The position numbers and the translations under genes were made by a program. From positions 112,656,001-112,720,000 of the forward strand of contig NW_024704743.1 in the NCBI RefSeq assembly GCF_018977255.1: a stretch of DNA of 64,000 bases, in the 5' to 3' direction. The first letter of the stretch is position 1, and every line of letters starts with the position of its first letter. Below are positions 24,629 through 38,177 of the stretch, piece after piece. The stretch is from Callorhinchus milii (taxonomy: Eukaryota). The notes beneath the pieces are model-generated. The model did no database searches, had not been told where the DNA came from, and worked only from the letters and a program-made list of their open reading frames with translations.

Positions 24629-26554
24629 CCTTTGGCTCATTTGATCACATCTTTGCAGAACAACCAACTAGTGTAGCTTCAAGCTATTTATTAAACCATT
24701 CTTGGCTGGTAACCTGTACAAAGAAATTGTACAGGTTACCAGCCAAAAACTTTTTGGCCTAAAATTGGGTCTACATTTCTGCAGTTCAGCTCATCCTTGG
24801 AATCTAGTTTCTAAAAAGGATCAGGAAACAGCAGGGGTCTTCTCATCAGCATTTTTCAAATGTGTCCCTTCCAAATGTGTTTGCTTATTAAGTTCCACAG
24901 TTTTCTGCTTACTGACTTCTAAAACAAATATTTTCGAACCCCAGAAACTTAAATTTTCGTGTAACTGATCTCAAACAATTTTTTGACACAAATTCAGCAA
25001 TAAAATAAATATGAAAAATAATCATGAAAATTGCATGCTCTAAAGATCTTCAAATGTACAAGATACCTTCCATCTTGTACCTGCATAAAATTCCTTTTGC
25101 TGTTATGTGTTCTTTGAAATAGGTAGACCTAGCTGATCTTTTTAGTTTTTAAGTGAAGTGCATACAGTTGAAACTATGTGACTAATATAAGGACGTAATA
25201 AGGCGCTATATCAAATGCAAGGATAATTATTATTACTTCACAATTTTTAATACTAAGCTTATGATTTTCTGCTTAAAAAAGCAGACAGCCTGTCACATAT
25301 TTCTGATTTCAACAGTGTGAAATATGATTATGGTGTAAATGCTGTCAATTTTTATTTTTTAAATCTGTTATTTGTGCAGCTCTATTTCAGAGCAGTGAAG
25401 CTGGTTCATTGTAGAAACAATCCACTTTCATAATGCCTTTAGTAGTGAGATTGTATTCCAGTATCAGATCACCAGAACCATTCTGTTTCTGCACAATAAG
25501 CACTGTAAGTGAGACTATTTCTCCTGAGCATTGTCTGATCTACATCAGTCTGATTTAGTTCGACATCTAATCTGGTGTCATTCAGGTAACTACAGTACTG
25601 TACATGCAGACTATTCTGTTTCAAAATCTGATACACATTGAAAGGCTTCAATTCATATTAATGGTCAAATGTGCCACAACAGTAATTCACAGAAATGATC
25701 AAGTATAATATACAGATCTGACTGCATGATTCAGGAAAAATTATGTCAATGTAATGAAAAACAAAGCAATTATTCTTTCAATATTGATGTGAAAATAATT
25801 ATTCTGTCATCTGATTCATTGATTTATTGCACTGGAAATGCTATTTTAAAGAATAAATCGTAAGCTTTTTCATTCAAGGCAGGATGAGCACAGGCCTACT
25901 GTTTCCTCTTGGATGTTAAAGTTAGGGCTTATTATTCCCCAATCAAGGGTAGTAGGGCTGGACGTCCTGATGTCAGCCTGGCTCAGTTAGTAGCCGTCTC
26001 ACCTCTGAGTCAGAAGGTTGTGGGTTCAAACCCCGTGTTGGGACTTAGAACTCACAGTCTAGTGGATGGTCCAACTGGCAGCCCTCAGGCTGATTCCATC
26101 CACACCAACCACTCAGCTACAGGACTCCATATGCGGCCTGCGGACGTTTCTCAAATAGGGCATCTGGCCCTCAGCAGCCAAAAGGTTGGACCTCCCAACA
26201 TCATGGTGTAGATGATGGGTGAAGAGAAGTCCAGGCTTTGATGTGATGCCACCTGTTTTCAAATGGTCTTCTCTAACTCAGTGTCAAATTTGTACATGAA
26301 CTGTGACAATTTGACCAAGATACTGTAGCCCCCTTTATCCACAGTAAACAAAAGTGAAGGAGGAGCTAGAGAAAAATAATGAGAAAAAATAAGAAATGGA
26401 ACTTTGAAAATGAATCAATCTAATTACGTAGACACATATGAGCATCTACCATTCATTTTATCCCACTCGGATCCCACCGCCAGCTCGGGTGCCCATCCAG
26501 TCTTGTTAAGAGCTTTGAGATGTCCTTCTAACATGAGGGTGCAATGTAAATGTA

Positions 26555-26636
26555 CAACAACAACAACAACAACAACACCTGACGTCCTCCTGACGTGAAA
26601 GGCGCTTTATAAATGGAATCTTGTTGTTGTTGTTGT
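26555..26636 (+). mobile_element. Very short L2 3'-end insertion with an inverted (CAA)n head
   Basis: (CAA)7, then gacgtcctcctgacgtgaaaggcgctttataaatggaatc, then (TTG)n; flanked by tgtaaatgta direct repeats. Confidence 0.8.
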
Positions 26637-27484
26637 TGTAAATGTAAATTGCATTGTATTGCATTTACCCCGAGCTATCTTCATTCAAGCAAGAAGGAAT
26701 TGTTTTTTGAAGCACAGTACTGCATTTAAGACAAAAGTACTTGTTTGGAATGCATTATCTAACCAGGGCAGGTTTTTATGATACCAGACTTTCCTCATTT
26801 CACCTAAGTGAGCGAGTGCCAATGCAAATAAACCAAACCCTAGTCAACAACAAGATTCCTGGAACTCAATATGACTCACTAATGCCACTCCTGACTTGGC
26901 AAGTGTGAGTTGTGTAACTGTTTCAGTTCTTTGAATGGAACAATACATGAATCTTTACCATTTCTGACATCTACATAACTTTATTCAGATGGTTTCCATC
27001 AGCACCACACGCTACCAAAATAAGTTAATAGCCGTTGTTGGTACTTAGGAATTTAAAAATAAAAAAAATCACAATAGCAGACAGGAAAGAACACAAAATA
27101 AGCATAGTGCTCTGTAAATTAGAGCCAAGTGACAAAGGTTTGTTTAAATACCTGCCTTAAGCATTTTGATCATGTTCTAGGAATCTTTCAGTACTTTGTA
27201 GCTGATTATTACTTTTATTACCCCACTGGGAAGCTTGCAGGGAATTCCTGGAACCTACCATCCACCTTGTGAAGGCTCAAACCCTCGTTTGTCGGATGTC
27301 AAACAAGCAACTAGTGACTTTCCTCCTGGGGAGAGGGGACGGAAGCTGAACTGGCTCCAAGGTGACATGTTTGGCAACAGAATAACAGAACCATGCCAGG
27401 CCTCTGTGGTGGTCTTGATAGTCCGGTTCCTGAGCCCGGCAGTTCCGCAGTATTTCAGGGCACTGCTGATGACAGCACAGCCAG

Positions 27485-27800
27485 TGCTTCAGCATCCATG
27501 GATGCACACTCCACCTCACCAAGCCAGTCAGGAATCCGGGCGTCTTGTTCGACCCTCAGCTGTTCTATCTCCTTCATATCCGTGCCATGACCCGCTCGGC
27601 CTTCCCTCACCTCCCAACATTGCCCGACTCTGCCACTGCCTCACCCCTCAGGCTGCTGAAACCCTCATTCACGAGTTCATCACCTCTAGGCTCGACTACG
27701 CCATCTCCCTGCTTGTCGGCCTTCCCAAATCTTCCCTCCACAAGCTGCAGATCATCCAGAACTCTGGTTCTGGTTCCGTGACCCCATCACACCCCATCAG
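27485..27800 (+). mobile_element. L2 internal fragment
   Basis: NIARLCHCLTPQAAETLIHEFITSRLDY...LHKLQIIQNS. Confidence 0.85.
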
Positions 27801-28084
27801 GGAGCCAGATACATAATAATAATAATCCTTGCATTTGAAAAAGCGTCTTATATCTTCGAAACGTCCCAAAGTGTTTCACAGAATATATTGTAAAGTGAAT
27901 TGACTGTATATTTTGTGGGTGAAACATATATACCATTCAAAGCAAATTCACAGATGTAGAAAGTAATTAGAAAGTTTAGTAGGTGTCATTTGATTACAAG
28001 ATGTTTACAACAACTGCTTCATGCAGGATAGCATCTCGAAGCAATGAATAAAGCATGCAAAAGCACACAAAATAATTAACTGCA

Positions 28085-28565
28085 GAACTCACCAGAGAAT
28101 GCTGTTTAATTGTGGGCACCACAAATTAGGATGGATAGAACGGTCTTGGAGCAAGTCCAGCAATGATTCACCAAATTAATATCCTGAATGAAGGGAGGAA
28201 GTGACGATAAGAGACTTAAAAGAGAAACATGGGTTATATTCTCTAAAGCTGAGGAGGTTAAGGAATGATCTGATTGTGGATCATTAATAAGGTATTTAGG
28301 GAGCAATCCTTCCCTCTAATAAATCCGGAACAACTGAGGAAACATAATCTTAAAATTAGAAATGAATCAGTTAAAAGTGAAAACTGTTTTGAAACAAGAC
28401 AAATATTTATGTAAAATATTTGATAGTATATGGCGGGGACTGATTCTCAAGCAATGGGAAGGCAGTGGTAAGGCAGAGTATTAAGGGATGAAGAAAAGTT
28501 AGGGAAATGTGATAGGAAAGATAAGGAGCTGCCATGAACCAATGCTAGGCACCTACTCCTGTTAC
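28085..28565 (+). mobile_element. Degenerate CR1 3' fragment
   Basis: tgtttaattgtgggcaccaca...ttggagcaagtccagcaatgattcacc...gaggaggttaaggaatgatctgatt. Confidence 0.65.
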
Positions 28566-28744
28566 AATAAGAGAAATACTAACTAAACATTGCCATTCAT
28601 AACCATTTGAACACAATTTACATCTCAAACAGTCTGGACATTATTTTGAGTAAAGCTTTGAGTTCATACCTTCTTTTCAGATCAAAACACTTTTTTTCCT
28701 GACCTCTTTTACTAATTGCCTGGTCTTGAGCAATATTGCCAGGA

Positions 28745-29040
28745 TCTTGGACTCAAACACAGACAAACACAGCAGTTAGTTTGCACACGATGAACAGCTG
28801 TGAAGTAAATAACCGATTTATGTGAAGAACTTCAGGACCTCAGGAAAAAAATCCCATCTCTTTTCAAATAGTGTCAGGTTCACCTGAGACACAGAGAGGA
28901 CTTTGGTTTACAGTTTCATCCAAAGAACGGTAACATCTGACATTGCAGCATTACCTCAGCACTGCATGGGAATGTGGATCTGGACTACGAGCTCAAGTCT
29001 CAACGTGGAACTTGGAGCCACAACTTTCTGCCTCAGAGCC
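28745..29040 (-). mobile_element. Deu-type SINE, degenerate
   Basis: The reverse complement resembles 40205-40620 (ctctgaggcagaaagttgtgg...ttggatgaaactgtaaacc). Confidence 0.6.
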
Positions 29041-29586
29041 ACATTCACATTACATTCACCTTCCTCTTTACACTCTTGGCAATCTTGTTCAGCCAATATC
29101 AGCTTGATATTTAATAAATAGTCCTTGAATCAAAATGAAGAAGGCAGCAGTTTTTAATTGTATCTAAGTTTAAGTTAATTGACCACTGAACTTGAAGTGC
29201 TATTAGCATATCAAGCTGTCAGCAAGTAGCACTAAATCAGTCACCTTCAGTAGCACTAAATCAGTTCTGATGCAGTGAAATATGGCAAACAAGATTATTC
29301 AGTCAGTGTATTTTTTATATATACCAGTGCCCCAGCATGTCCTGTGTATAGGGTAGGTCGCAATGCAAGGCCGCTGTGTGTTGCTGTTTGTGCCTAGGAT
29401 ATATATGTTTCGCGAAGGGTTGGGACGTCCTCCCAATGTGAAAGGCGCTATACAAATGTAATTTGTTGTTGCTATTGTTTAAAATGGAGCAATTTGAATG
29501 GGATTCTGTAATATGAGGTACAAGCCACAAATGGGGATTTATTCTAGTAACTGGAAGTACTTCATGCCAACATGGCAGATAGGGAC

Positions 29587-30171
29587 TAATAATAATAATA
29601 ATTCTTGCATTTAATATAGCCCTTTTCATAACTTCGAGATATCTCAAAGCACTTCACAGAATGTTCGATGTGAATTGACTGTATATTTGTGGGCAAAACA
29701 CGGCAGCTAATTGCGCACATCAGTGTCCCACGAACAGGCATGGATTGAATGAACAAATTATTATTGTTTTTTTTGAAGGAAAAGCGATCCACCAATCGAC
29801 TAACAAGCAGGTTCCTACTAACTGCTAGGTAAACAGAGGCTTGTGGAGTAAGGAAACTTGCCCAACATTTCACCCTGCCAGGAATAGAACCCCGGTCTCT
29901 CGCTTGCGAGGAGAGTACTCTAACCGCTGAGTTACAGGACGCGAAATATTGCAGATGCTGGAAATCTGAAGCAAAAACAGAAGTTGCTGGGAACACTCAG
30001 CAAGTCAGGCAGCATCTATGGAGAAAGAAAGTGAGTCAACGTTCTCACAGCTGTTCTGACGAAGGGTCGTGGACCCAAAACATTGACTCACTTTCCTTTC
30101 TCCATAGATGCTGCCTGATCTGCTGAGGGTTCCCAGCGACTTTTCTTTTTGCTACTGAGTTACAGGACTCC
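29587..30171 (-). mobile_element. Full-length tRNA/CORE-like SINE (long form), head interrupted by a Penelope-type insertion
   Basis: (TAA)n tail at 29587; body gcctctgtttacctagcagt; tRNA head at 29860-29940 and 30155-30171. Confidence 0.88.
29941..30154 (+). mobile_element. Penelope-like palindromic non-autonomous element with a decayed minimal hammerhead ribozyme
   Basis: Inverted arms at 29970-30043 and 30079-30153. Centre CTGACGA-A-GGGTC-gtg-GACCC-AAAAC (30056-30081). 14-bp target-site duplication ctgagttacaggac at 29927-29940 and 30155-30168. Confidence 0.8.
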
Positions 30172-30221
30172 TTTAGAAAGTAAATTGTATCAAAGGGAGG
30201 TTCTCAAGGTCAATGAATAGT

Positions 30222-30595
30222 AAATAATAATAACAATCTTTGCATTTGATACAGCACCTTATCACATCATCAGGAAACCTCAAAGGGCTTCACAGTCTGA
30301 ACATTATTTTATTATATTTATTTTATTTTTATTAAATACATTTGCAGGTGAATCCAGCAACAATTTACACTCAGCAATGTCACACAAACAGCCATGAAGT
30401 GAGTGACTAATTGTATTTGGGGATTTGTTGGCCGGGACACTGGGAGAAACTCCCTTCTCATTTTGAATAGTGCCAAGGGATTGTTAATGTCCATCTGAAC
30501 AAGCATCCAGGACCTCGGTTTAACAACAACAACCACTTGACGACAACTTGACATCTCATTCGCAGGATGACACCTCTGACAATGTAGCACACCCC
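30222..30595 (-). mobile_element. Deu-type SINE (lacking head)
   Basis: The reverse complement contains gctacattgtcagaggtgtcatcc, gttaaaccgaggtcc, ggcactattcaaaatgagaagggagtttctcccagtgtccc and an L2-type tail. Confidence 0.75.
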
Positions 30596-31190
30596 TCGTA
30601 GTGACACATCCGAAACCCTCGTCCACAGCTCCGTCACTTCTCAGCTGGACTTTTTCAATGCCCTCCTCGCTGGTCTCCCCAGCTCCACCGTACACAAAAT
30701 TCAATTAATTCAAAACTCTGCCGCCCGGATACTCAACAGTACAAAACTCCGTACCCCCAGGACACCAGTCCTCGCCAGGCTCCACTAGTTCCTTATCACC
30801 GAACAGATTAATTTCAAGATCCTCTCACGCGTTTTCAAATCCCTTCATGCCCTGGCACCTATTCGTCCTGTTCAACCTCCATTCCACCACCTGCTGCCTC
30901 TGCTCAACTGGCTCCGGCTTCCTGTTTGTCTTTCATCCCCTCCACTTCACCATAGGTGGCTGTGCCTTCAGCAACTATGCCCCGAAATTCTGGAAATCTC
31001 TACCTCAACCAATCGCCTTGCCCCCTCCCTCCCCACTTTCAAATCTCGCCTAACAACCTTCCTTTTTGACCGTGCTCACAGACACCTCCTCTCTCCCTCT
31101 TTCCTAGCTCGTTGTCAAGACTCCACCACTGACAAGCTCTGCAGACACTACCTTGTGTGAAGGGCGCTATATAAATGCAAGTTGCTGTTG
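30595..31190 (+). mobile_element. L2 3' fragment (second subfamily)
   Basis: Similar to 9120-9688; ends gggcgctatataaatgcaagttgctgttg. Confidence 0.88.
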
Positions 31191-31789
31191 TACTGCATTG
31201 GAGTATCAGCCTACAGTACGAGTTCAAAGTGCCGATGTACTTCCAGATACTGAAAGGAATTCAAATTTGCCATTTGTATCCATTAATTAGTAATGGGAAA
31301 AGGGCACAAACACTGAATTGTTCATGACAAGATTTTACGAATAAAGCTCTCACCCGAGAGGCACTCTGAGAGCTGAGACTGCAGTTGAGGTGTTGCACAT
31401 AGACATCAGCATTAACAGCTAAACTGTCAATCATATAGTGATTAATATGTGCATCATTTACTGAGTAGTGTAGAAGGTAAAGCATTTGGGACACATGTTA
31501 TAATTCCATTCCAAATCTGAGATAGTTCATCATGCTAAATAAACTGACCCCTTACTGTCCAGCACATTGGGACTTCCTCCCAAAGTGAAAGGCGCTCTGT
31601 AAATATAATTTTGTTGTTGTTGTTGAATAAACAGAGATTTCATGTTATTAGCAAACGAGGTACCAAGACCAATGCTAGAAGAATTAAATTGCTGAAAATC
31701 ACATTTAACTGAATGCTGCAAAAACTGCTGATTGTTTTTTTATACCCTTAATATTTGGTGGCAAAATATCAACCTGTTTTGCTTTTGAG

Positions 31790-33862
31790 GACCTCCTCAA
31801 AATTTACCGCTCCACTCTAGCCTCGGCCAAGTCGTCCTTCTACTCCAGGATAATCCTGGAGGCGAAGAACAACCCCAGGCTACTGTTTTCCACCACATCC
31901 CGACTCCTCCGTCCCCCCGCCACCCCGCGCAGGTCATCTCCTCCAACCTTCACTGCGAGGAGATGCTGGATTTCCTTGAATCCAAGATCAAGGGAATCCG
32001 CTCCGCGGTCACTTCCCCTCCAACTTCCACCCACCACCCACCCCTTCCCTCCCACACTCCGACTCCTACCCATCCTCCCCTACACACCTTCGTACCCGTT
32101 TCCCCACCCTCTGTCACTGAACTCATCCTATCCCTAAAACCAACCACCTGCTCCCTTGACCCCATCCCCACTCCACTCCTTATCTCCCAGCTCCATTTTC
32201 TTGCCCCACACATCACTGACATCATAAACCTGTCCCTCTCCTCTGGCTCTGTCCCCATTCCATTAAAAACTGCCATCATCACGCCCACCCTGAAAAAACC
32301 CTCCCTTGATGCGTCGCAGCTATCAAGCTACCGGCCCATCTCCAACCTCCCCTTTCTCTCCAAGGTCTTGGAAAGAGTTGTCGCCTCCCAACTGCGCTCT
32401 TTCCTCTCCACCCATTCTCTTTTTGAACCCCTTCAGTCAGGTTTCCGTGCTGCTCATAGCACAGAAACTGCCCTGGTCAAGGTCACCAATGATATCCTGA
32501 CTATCTGTGACCAGGGCTCCCTCTGTCTCCTCGTCCTCCTCGACCTATCGGCAGCATTCGATACGGTCGACCACGCTATCCTACTCCACCGCTTGTCCTC
32601 CCACCTCAACCTTCAAGGCACTGTCCTTGAATGGTTTAGCTCTTACCTTTCCCACCGTCTTCACTTCGTCTCAACGAATGGCTTCTCCTCCACCCCCCGT
32701 ACTGTCTCATGTGGTGTCCCTCAGGGCTCTGTCCTCGGTCCCCTCCTCTTCACCCTCTATATGCTCCCCCTCGGTGACATCATCCGCAAACATGGGGTTA
32801 ACTTCCACATGTATGCGGATGACACCCAACTCTACCTTTCCTCCTCTACTCTCAACTCCACGACCACCGATGTCCTGACAGCCTGCCTGTCCGACATCGA
32901 GTCCTGGACGAGAGACAACTTTCTTCAGCTCAACGTGCGAAAAACCGAGGCCCTCCTGATTGGCTCACGTCAGCGCCTCCGCACCTCAGGCGCTGACACC
33001 ATCAGCATCCAAGGCTGCACTCTCCACCTCTCAAAGCCAGTCAGGAACCTCGGCGTTTTGTTCGACCCTGAGCTGTCCTTTCTCCCTCACATCCGCACCA
33101 CAACTGGCACCGCCTTCCATCACCTCCGGAATATCGCCAGATTACGGCACTACCTCACCCCTCACGCTGCTGAAACCCTGGTTCACGCCTTTGTCACCTC
33201 AAGGCTGGACTATGGGAACTCTCTCCTCGCCGGCCTTCCCGCCACCTCCCTCCACAAGCTGCAGGTCATTCAGAACTCTGCAGCTCGTGTACTGTCCCGC
33301 ACCAGGCTTCGGGACCACATCACTCCTACCCTCGCTCGCCTCCACTGGCTCCCCATCCCCCAGAGGATTGATTTCAAGATCCTCATCCTCACCTACAAGG
33401 CCATTCACGGCCTTGCTCCCTCCTACCTCTCCAACCTACTATCCCCCTACCTACCTGCCCGTACCCTCCGTTCCTCTGGCTCCGGTCTGCTCCACGTCCC
33501 CCGCCCCAACCGCCCTACTATCGGTGGTCGGGCCTTCAGCCTCTCAGCCCCGAGGCTCTGGAACTCCATCCCCCAGTGCCTTCGCCTTGCTTCCTCCCTT
33601 TCCTCCTTCAAGGCCGGTCTCAAAACCTTTCTCTTTGACCGTGCCTTCAGCTCCCCTCTCGACTCTCTTCCTCCTCCTCGCTCCCTCCCTTCCCTCCCCT
33701 CACCCTGACCATTTCCCCCCTCCTCTCTCCCTCCCTTCCCTCCCCTCACCCTGACCATTTCCCCCCTGCTCGGGTCATGACCCAACTGTGCAGCGCCTTG
33801 GGACGTCCTCCTGACGTGAAAGGCGCTCTATAAATGGAATCTTGTTGTTGTTGTTGTTGTTG
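31790..33862 (+). mobile_element. Young 5'-truncated L2 LINE with near-intact RT region
   Basis: Coding-like from ~31790, with one frameshift in a C-run near 31925, then an open ORF to 33708, a C-rich 3' UTR, a terminal stem-loop region and a (TTG)n tail. No endonuclease domain is present. Confidence 0.96.
31963..33708 (+). CDS. L2-clade non-LTR reverse transcriptase (partial ORF2)
   Basis: 581-aa ORF with [50 protein letters not shown] and LHWLPI. Confidence 0.93.
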   Translation: MLDFLESKIKGIRSAVTSPPTSTHHPPLPSHTPTPTHPPLHTFVPVSPPSVTELILSLKPTTCSLDPIPTPLLISQLHFLAPHITDIINLSLSSGSVPIPLKTAIITPTLKKPSLDASQLSSYRPISNLPFLSKVLERVVASQLRSFLSTHSLFEPLQSGFRAAHSTETALVKVTNDILTICDQGSLCLLVLLDLSAAFDTVDHAILLHRLSSHLNLQGTVLEWFSSYLSHRLHFVSTNGFSSTPRTVSCGVPQGSVLGPLLFTLYMLPLGDIIRKHGVNFHMYADDTQLYLSSSTLNSTTTDVLTACLSDIESWTRDNFLQLNVRKTEALLIGSRQRLRTSGADTISIQGCTLHLSKPVRNLGVLFDPELSFLPHIRTTTGTAFHHLRNIARLRHYLTPHAAETLVHAFVTSRLDYGNSLLAGLPATSLHKLQVIQNSAARVLSRTRLRDHITPTLARLHWLPIPQRIDFKILILTYKAIHGLAPSYLSNLLSPYLPARTLRSSGSGLLHVPRPNRPTIGGRAFSLSAPRLWNSIPQCLRLASSLSSFKAGLKTFLFDRAFSSPLDSLPPPRSLPSLPSP

Positions 33863-34124
33863 TTTATGTTTCTACAGGACAAATGCAAGCAAACAGGACA
33901 GCATTTCATTGAAACACATTTGTTGAGAATATTTATTTTAAATATTCTTCTGAAAGGGGAGAGGAGGGGAAATTTTCCTGTCTCATTTTTGATCTCTTTT
34001 CAGATAATCTCAAAACATATGGAAGCTGTGAATATGAGAATTATTCTATTTAGCACTTTAATTACACGTCTTTGAAGGTCACAGCCATAAATGGAAAATA
34101 TCCTCCTAAATTGATATTTATATG

Positions 34125-34465
34125 TTTTTAAAGTGCCTTATCCTGTCGTTGAGATGTCTCAAAGCGCTTCATTTGGGAATTTAATTGTGAAGCGTAGAGA
34201 CTGTATATTTTGCAGATGAATATGAACAGATAATTTGCACACAGTAATATCCCTCAAACAGCCATGAAGTGAAGCACTGATTTTATCTGGGAGATTGTTA
34301 GCGAGAATACTATTAGAAACTCCCTTTCCTTTTCGAAAATATCACAGAATCATTAGCATTCACCTGAACAGGTAGACGGAACCTTGGTTTAATGTCTCAT
34401 CCAAAAGACAGCACCTCCAACAATGCAACCCCACCCCAAGCACTGCACTGGAGTATCAGCTCCTA
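34125..34465 (-). mobile_element. Deu-type SINE
   Basis: Reverse complement ctgatactccagtgcagtg...ggaggtgctgtcttttggatgagacattaaaccaagg. Its head is at 34640-34700, separated by another SINE 3' module. Confidence 0.75.
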
Positions 34466-35473
34466 GAATATTATAATAATAACAATAATAATCCTTGTCT
34501 TTGATTTAGCACCTTATCGCATCTTTGAAACATCTCAAAGCACTTCATAGAATATACTGTAAGGTTATTGTATATTTTGTGGGCGAAATGCAGCAGCCAA
34601 TTGCGCACAGCAGTGTCCCACAAACAGTCCCAATATGGGGCTTGAATCCACACCTTTCTGACTCAGAGATAGGAATGCTACCAACTGAGCTGAGCTGACA
34701 CCTTAGCCTATGATATTCTAGGGTACATTCCAACTGTTGATATTTTAAATTCTAACTTTTTTTTAATAAGGTTTACCATTTCAGATGTTGGTTCTGTTGC
34801 TGAAAGATATTAAAAAGAAGCACTTATTAACTGTGACATCCTGCCTCCATGGGAGGCTTTCCAACTGCTGTGCACCAGTCCACTATGCTATTTTATCATC
34901 TCGGAGAATATCCAGACCAATTAGGTTGGATCACTGCTGGAACCCGTGGGACCACTGGCTGACATCAACTGAAGAGCTCTTTGGTGAGTCTGACATCTCA
35001 AATATTAGTTTTCAGGAAGGCTGAGATAACAACATGCAAAACTTAAACAGTAACTCTAGTTTGTACTTCAATGGGAAAAAAATACTTTTTTACTGAAATT
35101 ATTCCACGCTGTACCTACTTTCTTATTCAAAGATCCTAAATCAATTAGGGTTATTTATTCTTCCCCGATCAGTCTATCCTGTATTTACTGACTTTTGATG
35201 TGTTCTATTGTTCCCTTACTGCTCTTCCACTGAGGCACAACATATAAAAAATAATAATAATCCTTGCCTTTAATGAGCACCTTTCACGTCGGGAGGACAT
35301 CTCAATGCACTTTATAGAATGTACTGCAAAGTGTCGTGACTGTGTATTGGCAGATGGATTTGCACACAGTGAATTTTGTAGCCAATTTGCACACAGCAAT
35401 GTCCATCAAAAATTTGCTTGGTGTCTCAAATAGTCCATGTAAAATGCTTCACTTTCTCCTCTGTTGTTTTCGT

Positions 35474-35784
35474 GGAGTCCTGTAGCTCAGTGGTTAGCAC
35501 TCGCCTCGCAAGTGAGAGACCTGGATTTGTTTCCCGGCAGGGTGAAACTTTGGGCAAGTTTCCTTATTCCACACATCTGATAATAATCCCTCAAGAAAAA
35601 AATAATGAATTGGTCACTCAATCCACAACTGTTTGTGGAACATTGCTGTGTGCAATTGGCTGCTGCGTTTTGCCCGCAATTATACAATCAATTCACTTCA
35701 CAGTATATTCTGTGAAGCGCTTTGAGATGTCTAGAAGACGTGGAAAGCGCTATATCAAATGCAAGGATTTTTTTTATTATTATT
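35474..35784 (+). mobile_element. Full-length tRNA/CORE-like SINE (short form)
   Basis: Head ggagtcctgtagctcagtggttag, then ttgggcaagtttccttattccacac, an A-rich linker, the shared 3' module and an (ATT)n tail. Confidence 0.9.
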
Positions 35785-38177
35785 GCTGTGCTGATTACGC
35801 AAACAATCAGTATCCACAAATCCTCTTTTATGTATGAGTAGACAAGTATAATTTAGTTTATAATCCCTTTGTTATTTTCCTCCCCAAACTCATCAGACTG
35901 CATTTATCCACAGTGAATAACATTTGCAATTTGACAATTTGACTAACCTGGTGAATCTTTCCTGATCCTTCTGTGTTGTGCCAGTCATTTCCCTGCAATT
36001 CTACCCAGGTTAATATCAACAATACTGTATAAGCATTGTATATATGTGAGTGATCTCAAACCAACAACCGTTTCTAAGTATATATATGTGTATATATATT
36101 ATGTATATTGTGCATTTCAATGCCAGCCTAGAGAATAAAATACTCCCACATTGGGTACCAATTGCCAGCATCAAATACTCCCAGCGCAGGTTTCGCACAG
36201 CACTATTTTCAGTCTACACAAGCCCAATAATGTGCTCTAAACCCAAACTCAGTGAAAGACTGTATTCTGCAACATGTATTTTTCTATTTCACACGGCAGG
36301 CTTGCTCAATCAAAGGTTTTTGGGCAAATTTCCATGTCTGTCATGACACCAACTCTGCCTGCAGGGGGCTCAGTAACAAGTCAGTGTAGGAAGTCTGCTC
36401 CAACAACAACAACATACATTTGTCTAGCGCCTTTCACGTCAGGAGACGTTCCAGCTTCTATAACCAAAAAAGGGTCCCATTGATCTGGGCTAAATTCAAG
36501 CCAAACAACCTAGAGACTAAGCTCAATGCTTTTGTTTCCTCCCAAAGCTGCAATGTGATCTTCGATTGGGACAGTGTTAAAGATCCTGCGTTCTGTGCTG
36601 AAAATGAACCTGTCGAGACATTCAACTACGGACCCAAACATTTTTAAAACAGTGTTTAGGCTGATAATGGCTAGTTGGACCAGAATCATTACACAACACC
36701 AGGTTGAGGCATAATTAAATTCCAAAATCGTGATGTTCATAGATGTGTGCTGATCCAATATCTTGTTAATTATGGTGCCCAGTTATTTAAATATAGTTTC
36801 ATCTTTTTGATCTGAAATAAGGGCCCTGTGAAATTAGCTAAAACCCACAGACTTTCTCTTGGCCTCTGTGAAGACAAAATGTGAAGGCTTATTTGTACAC
36901 AGTCTGTCAGCGATAGGTGGGTGGTTTTTCAACCGAGTTAATCATGCATTGCTACCTTGTTAAAATGAGGAGTAATAGACCGCCAGCTCGTTCAGTGGAT
37001 TTATTTGAAAGGTCTGTGAATTGCAATTGTATTAATAAATCTTTATAACGTTCTGACAATCAACTGCTGCCTGGGCAAAATTATCATATGAATTAATGGA
37101 GCAACAACAGATATTTAAATGATATTAAATGGAGTGTGTGTATCATCCATTTTTAATTAGATTTAACAAGACAATGGTACAGCCACCCACTCTTAAGTGG
37201 AAGATGGTTAGGGACTTACTGAATGGCACAAAGCTATAGAACAGAATTTAACAAGCATTGCTTTATGTTGGTTTCAGTTTTTTTTCATATTTCCTTTCAA
37301 TTAAACTGCAGACTTGGAGGCGATTTTATGAATAAATATATCAAAATAGTTATAAGCATACGTAAATGTTAATTTTCAACACTCAGTTATAGCTGCTGTC
37401 CTGACAGGGGATGTGCTTTCCAAATCCAAGCATTATATTTCTTAGCTAACACTAAATCCAAATAGAATCACTTTTAGGGACTGTGAAAAACTGGCCTTCA
37501 AATGAAGACTGAGTTTAAAATTGATTTTTTTCAAAACTCCACACAACCTTATCACATCTCAACAATGTGATAAGGCGTTATATCAAACGCAAGGATTATT
37601 ATAATTATCATTATTATTCAGGAGAATATTCCACAAAACATCCTAAAAAAGTCCTGAAATACCAATAAAACTTCAATATCCAGACTCTAGCAAACAAATA
37701 CTACTTTTGTAAAGTTGAGTTGCAGCTTTCAAACTTTTAACTGTGCTTAAATAGTTGAATACATTTTAATAACATGACTACTTATATATAAATTTCCCAA
37801 CACAATGCTTAATGTTCTCAAAGTAAGCTCTTAACCAAACCCAAGAAAATTAATGATTTACATGCATGCATTACTCTTGATTTAATTTAGGTTAGCTTCC
37901 TGTTCTCACAGCGATATAACACTGCTGATGAATCCAAGTGCAGTGAGCATTGCACAAGTCTAATACTTGGTTTACAGCCAACAGTTGCACTCATAGTTTT
38001 CTGCAGCCATTGTAACTGTGAATGCTAATTGGTGCCGCTATCCTGAGTAAAGGGAAGTAAATTGTCAAGGGAAAAATTAACAATAAAACAATTATTTTTC
38101 CAGTCAGCATTGATACTCCTGTCTGTGCTTGCCTCGTTTCCATCCTCCCCCATCCAAATTCCCCTAACAGTGGTGAA

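Noticed and set aside
31840..33785. Long alternative-frame and antisense ORFs over L2 copies
   Set aside because: By-products of C-rich, stop-poor L2 sequence; not independent genes.
34786..34983. AG...GTGAGT-bounded exon-like segment with a 79-aa ORF
   Set aside because: No recognisable protein and no partner exons; could be a lncRNA exon but is unsupported.
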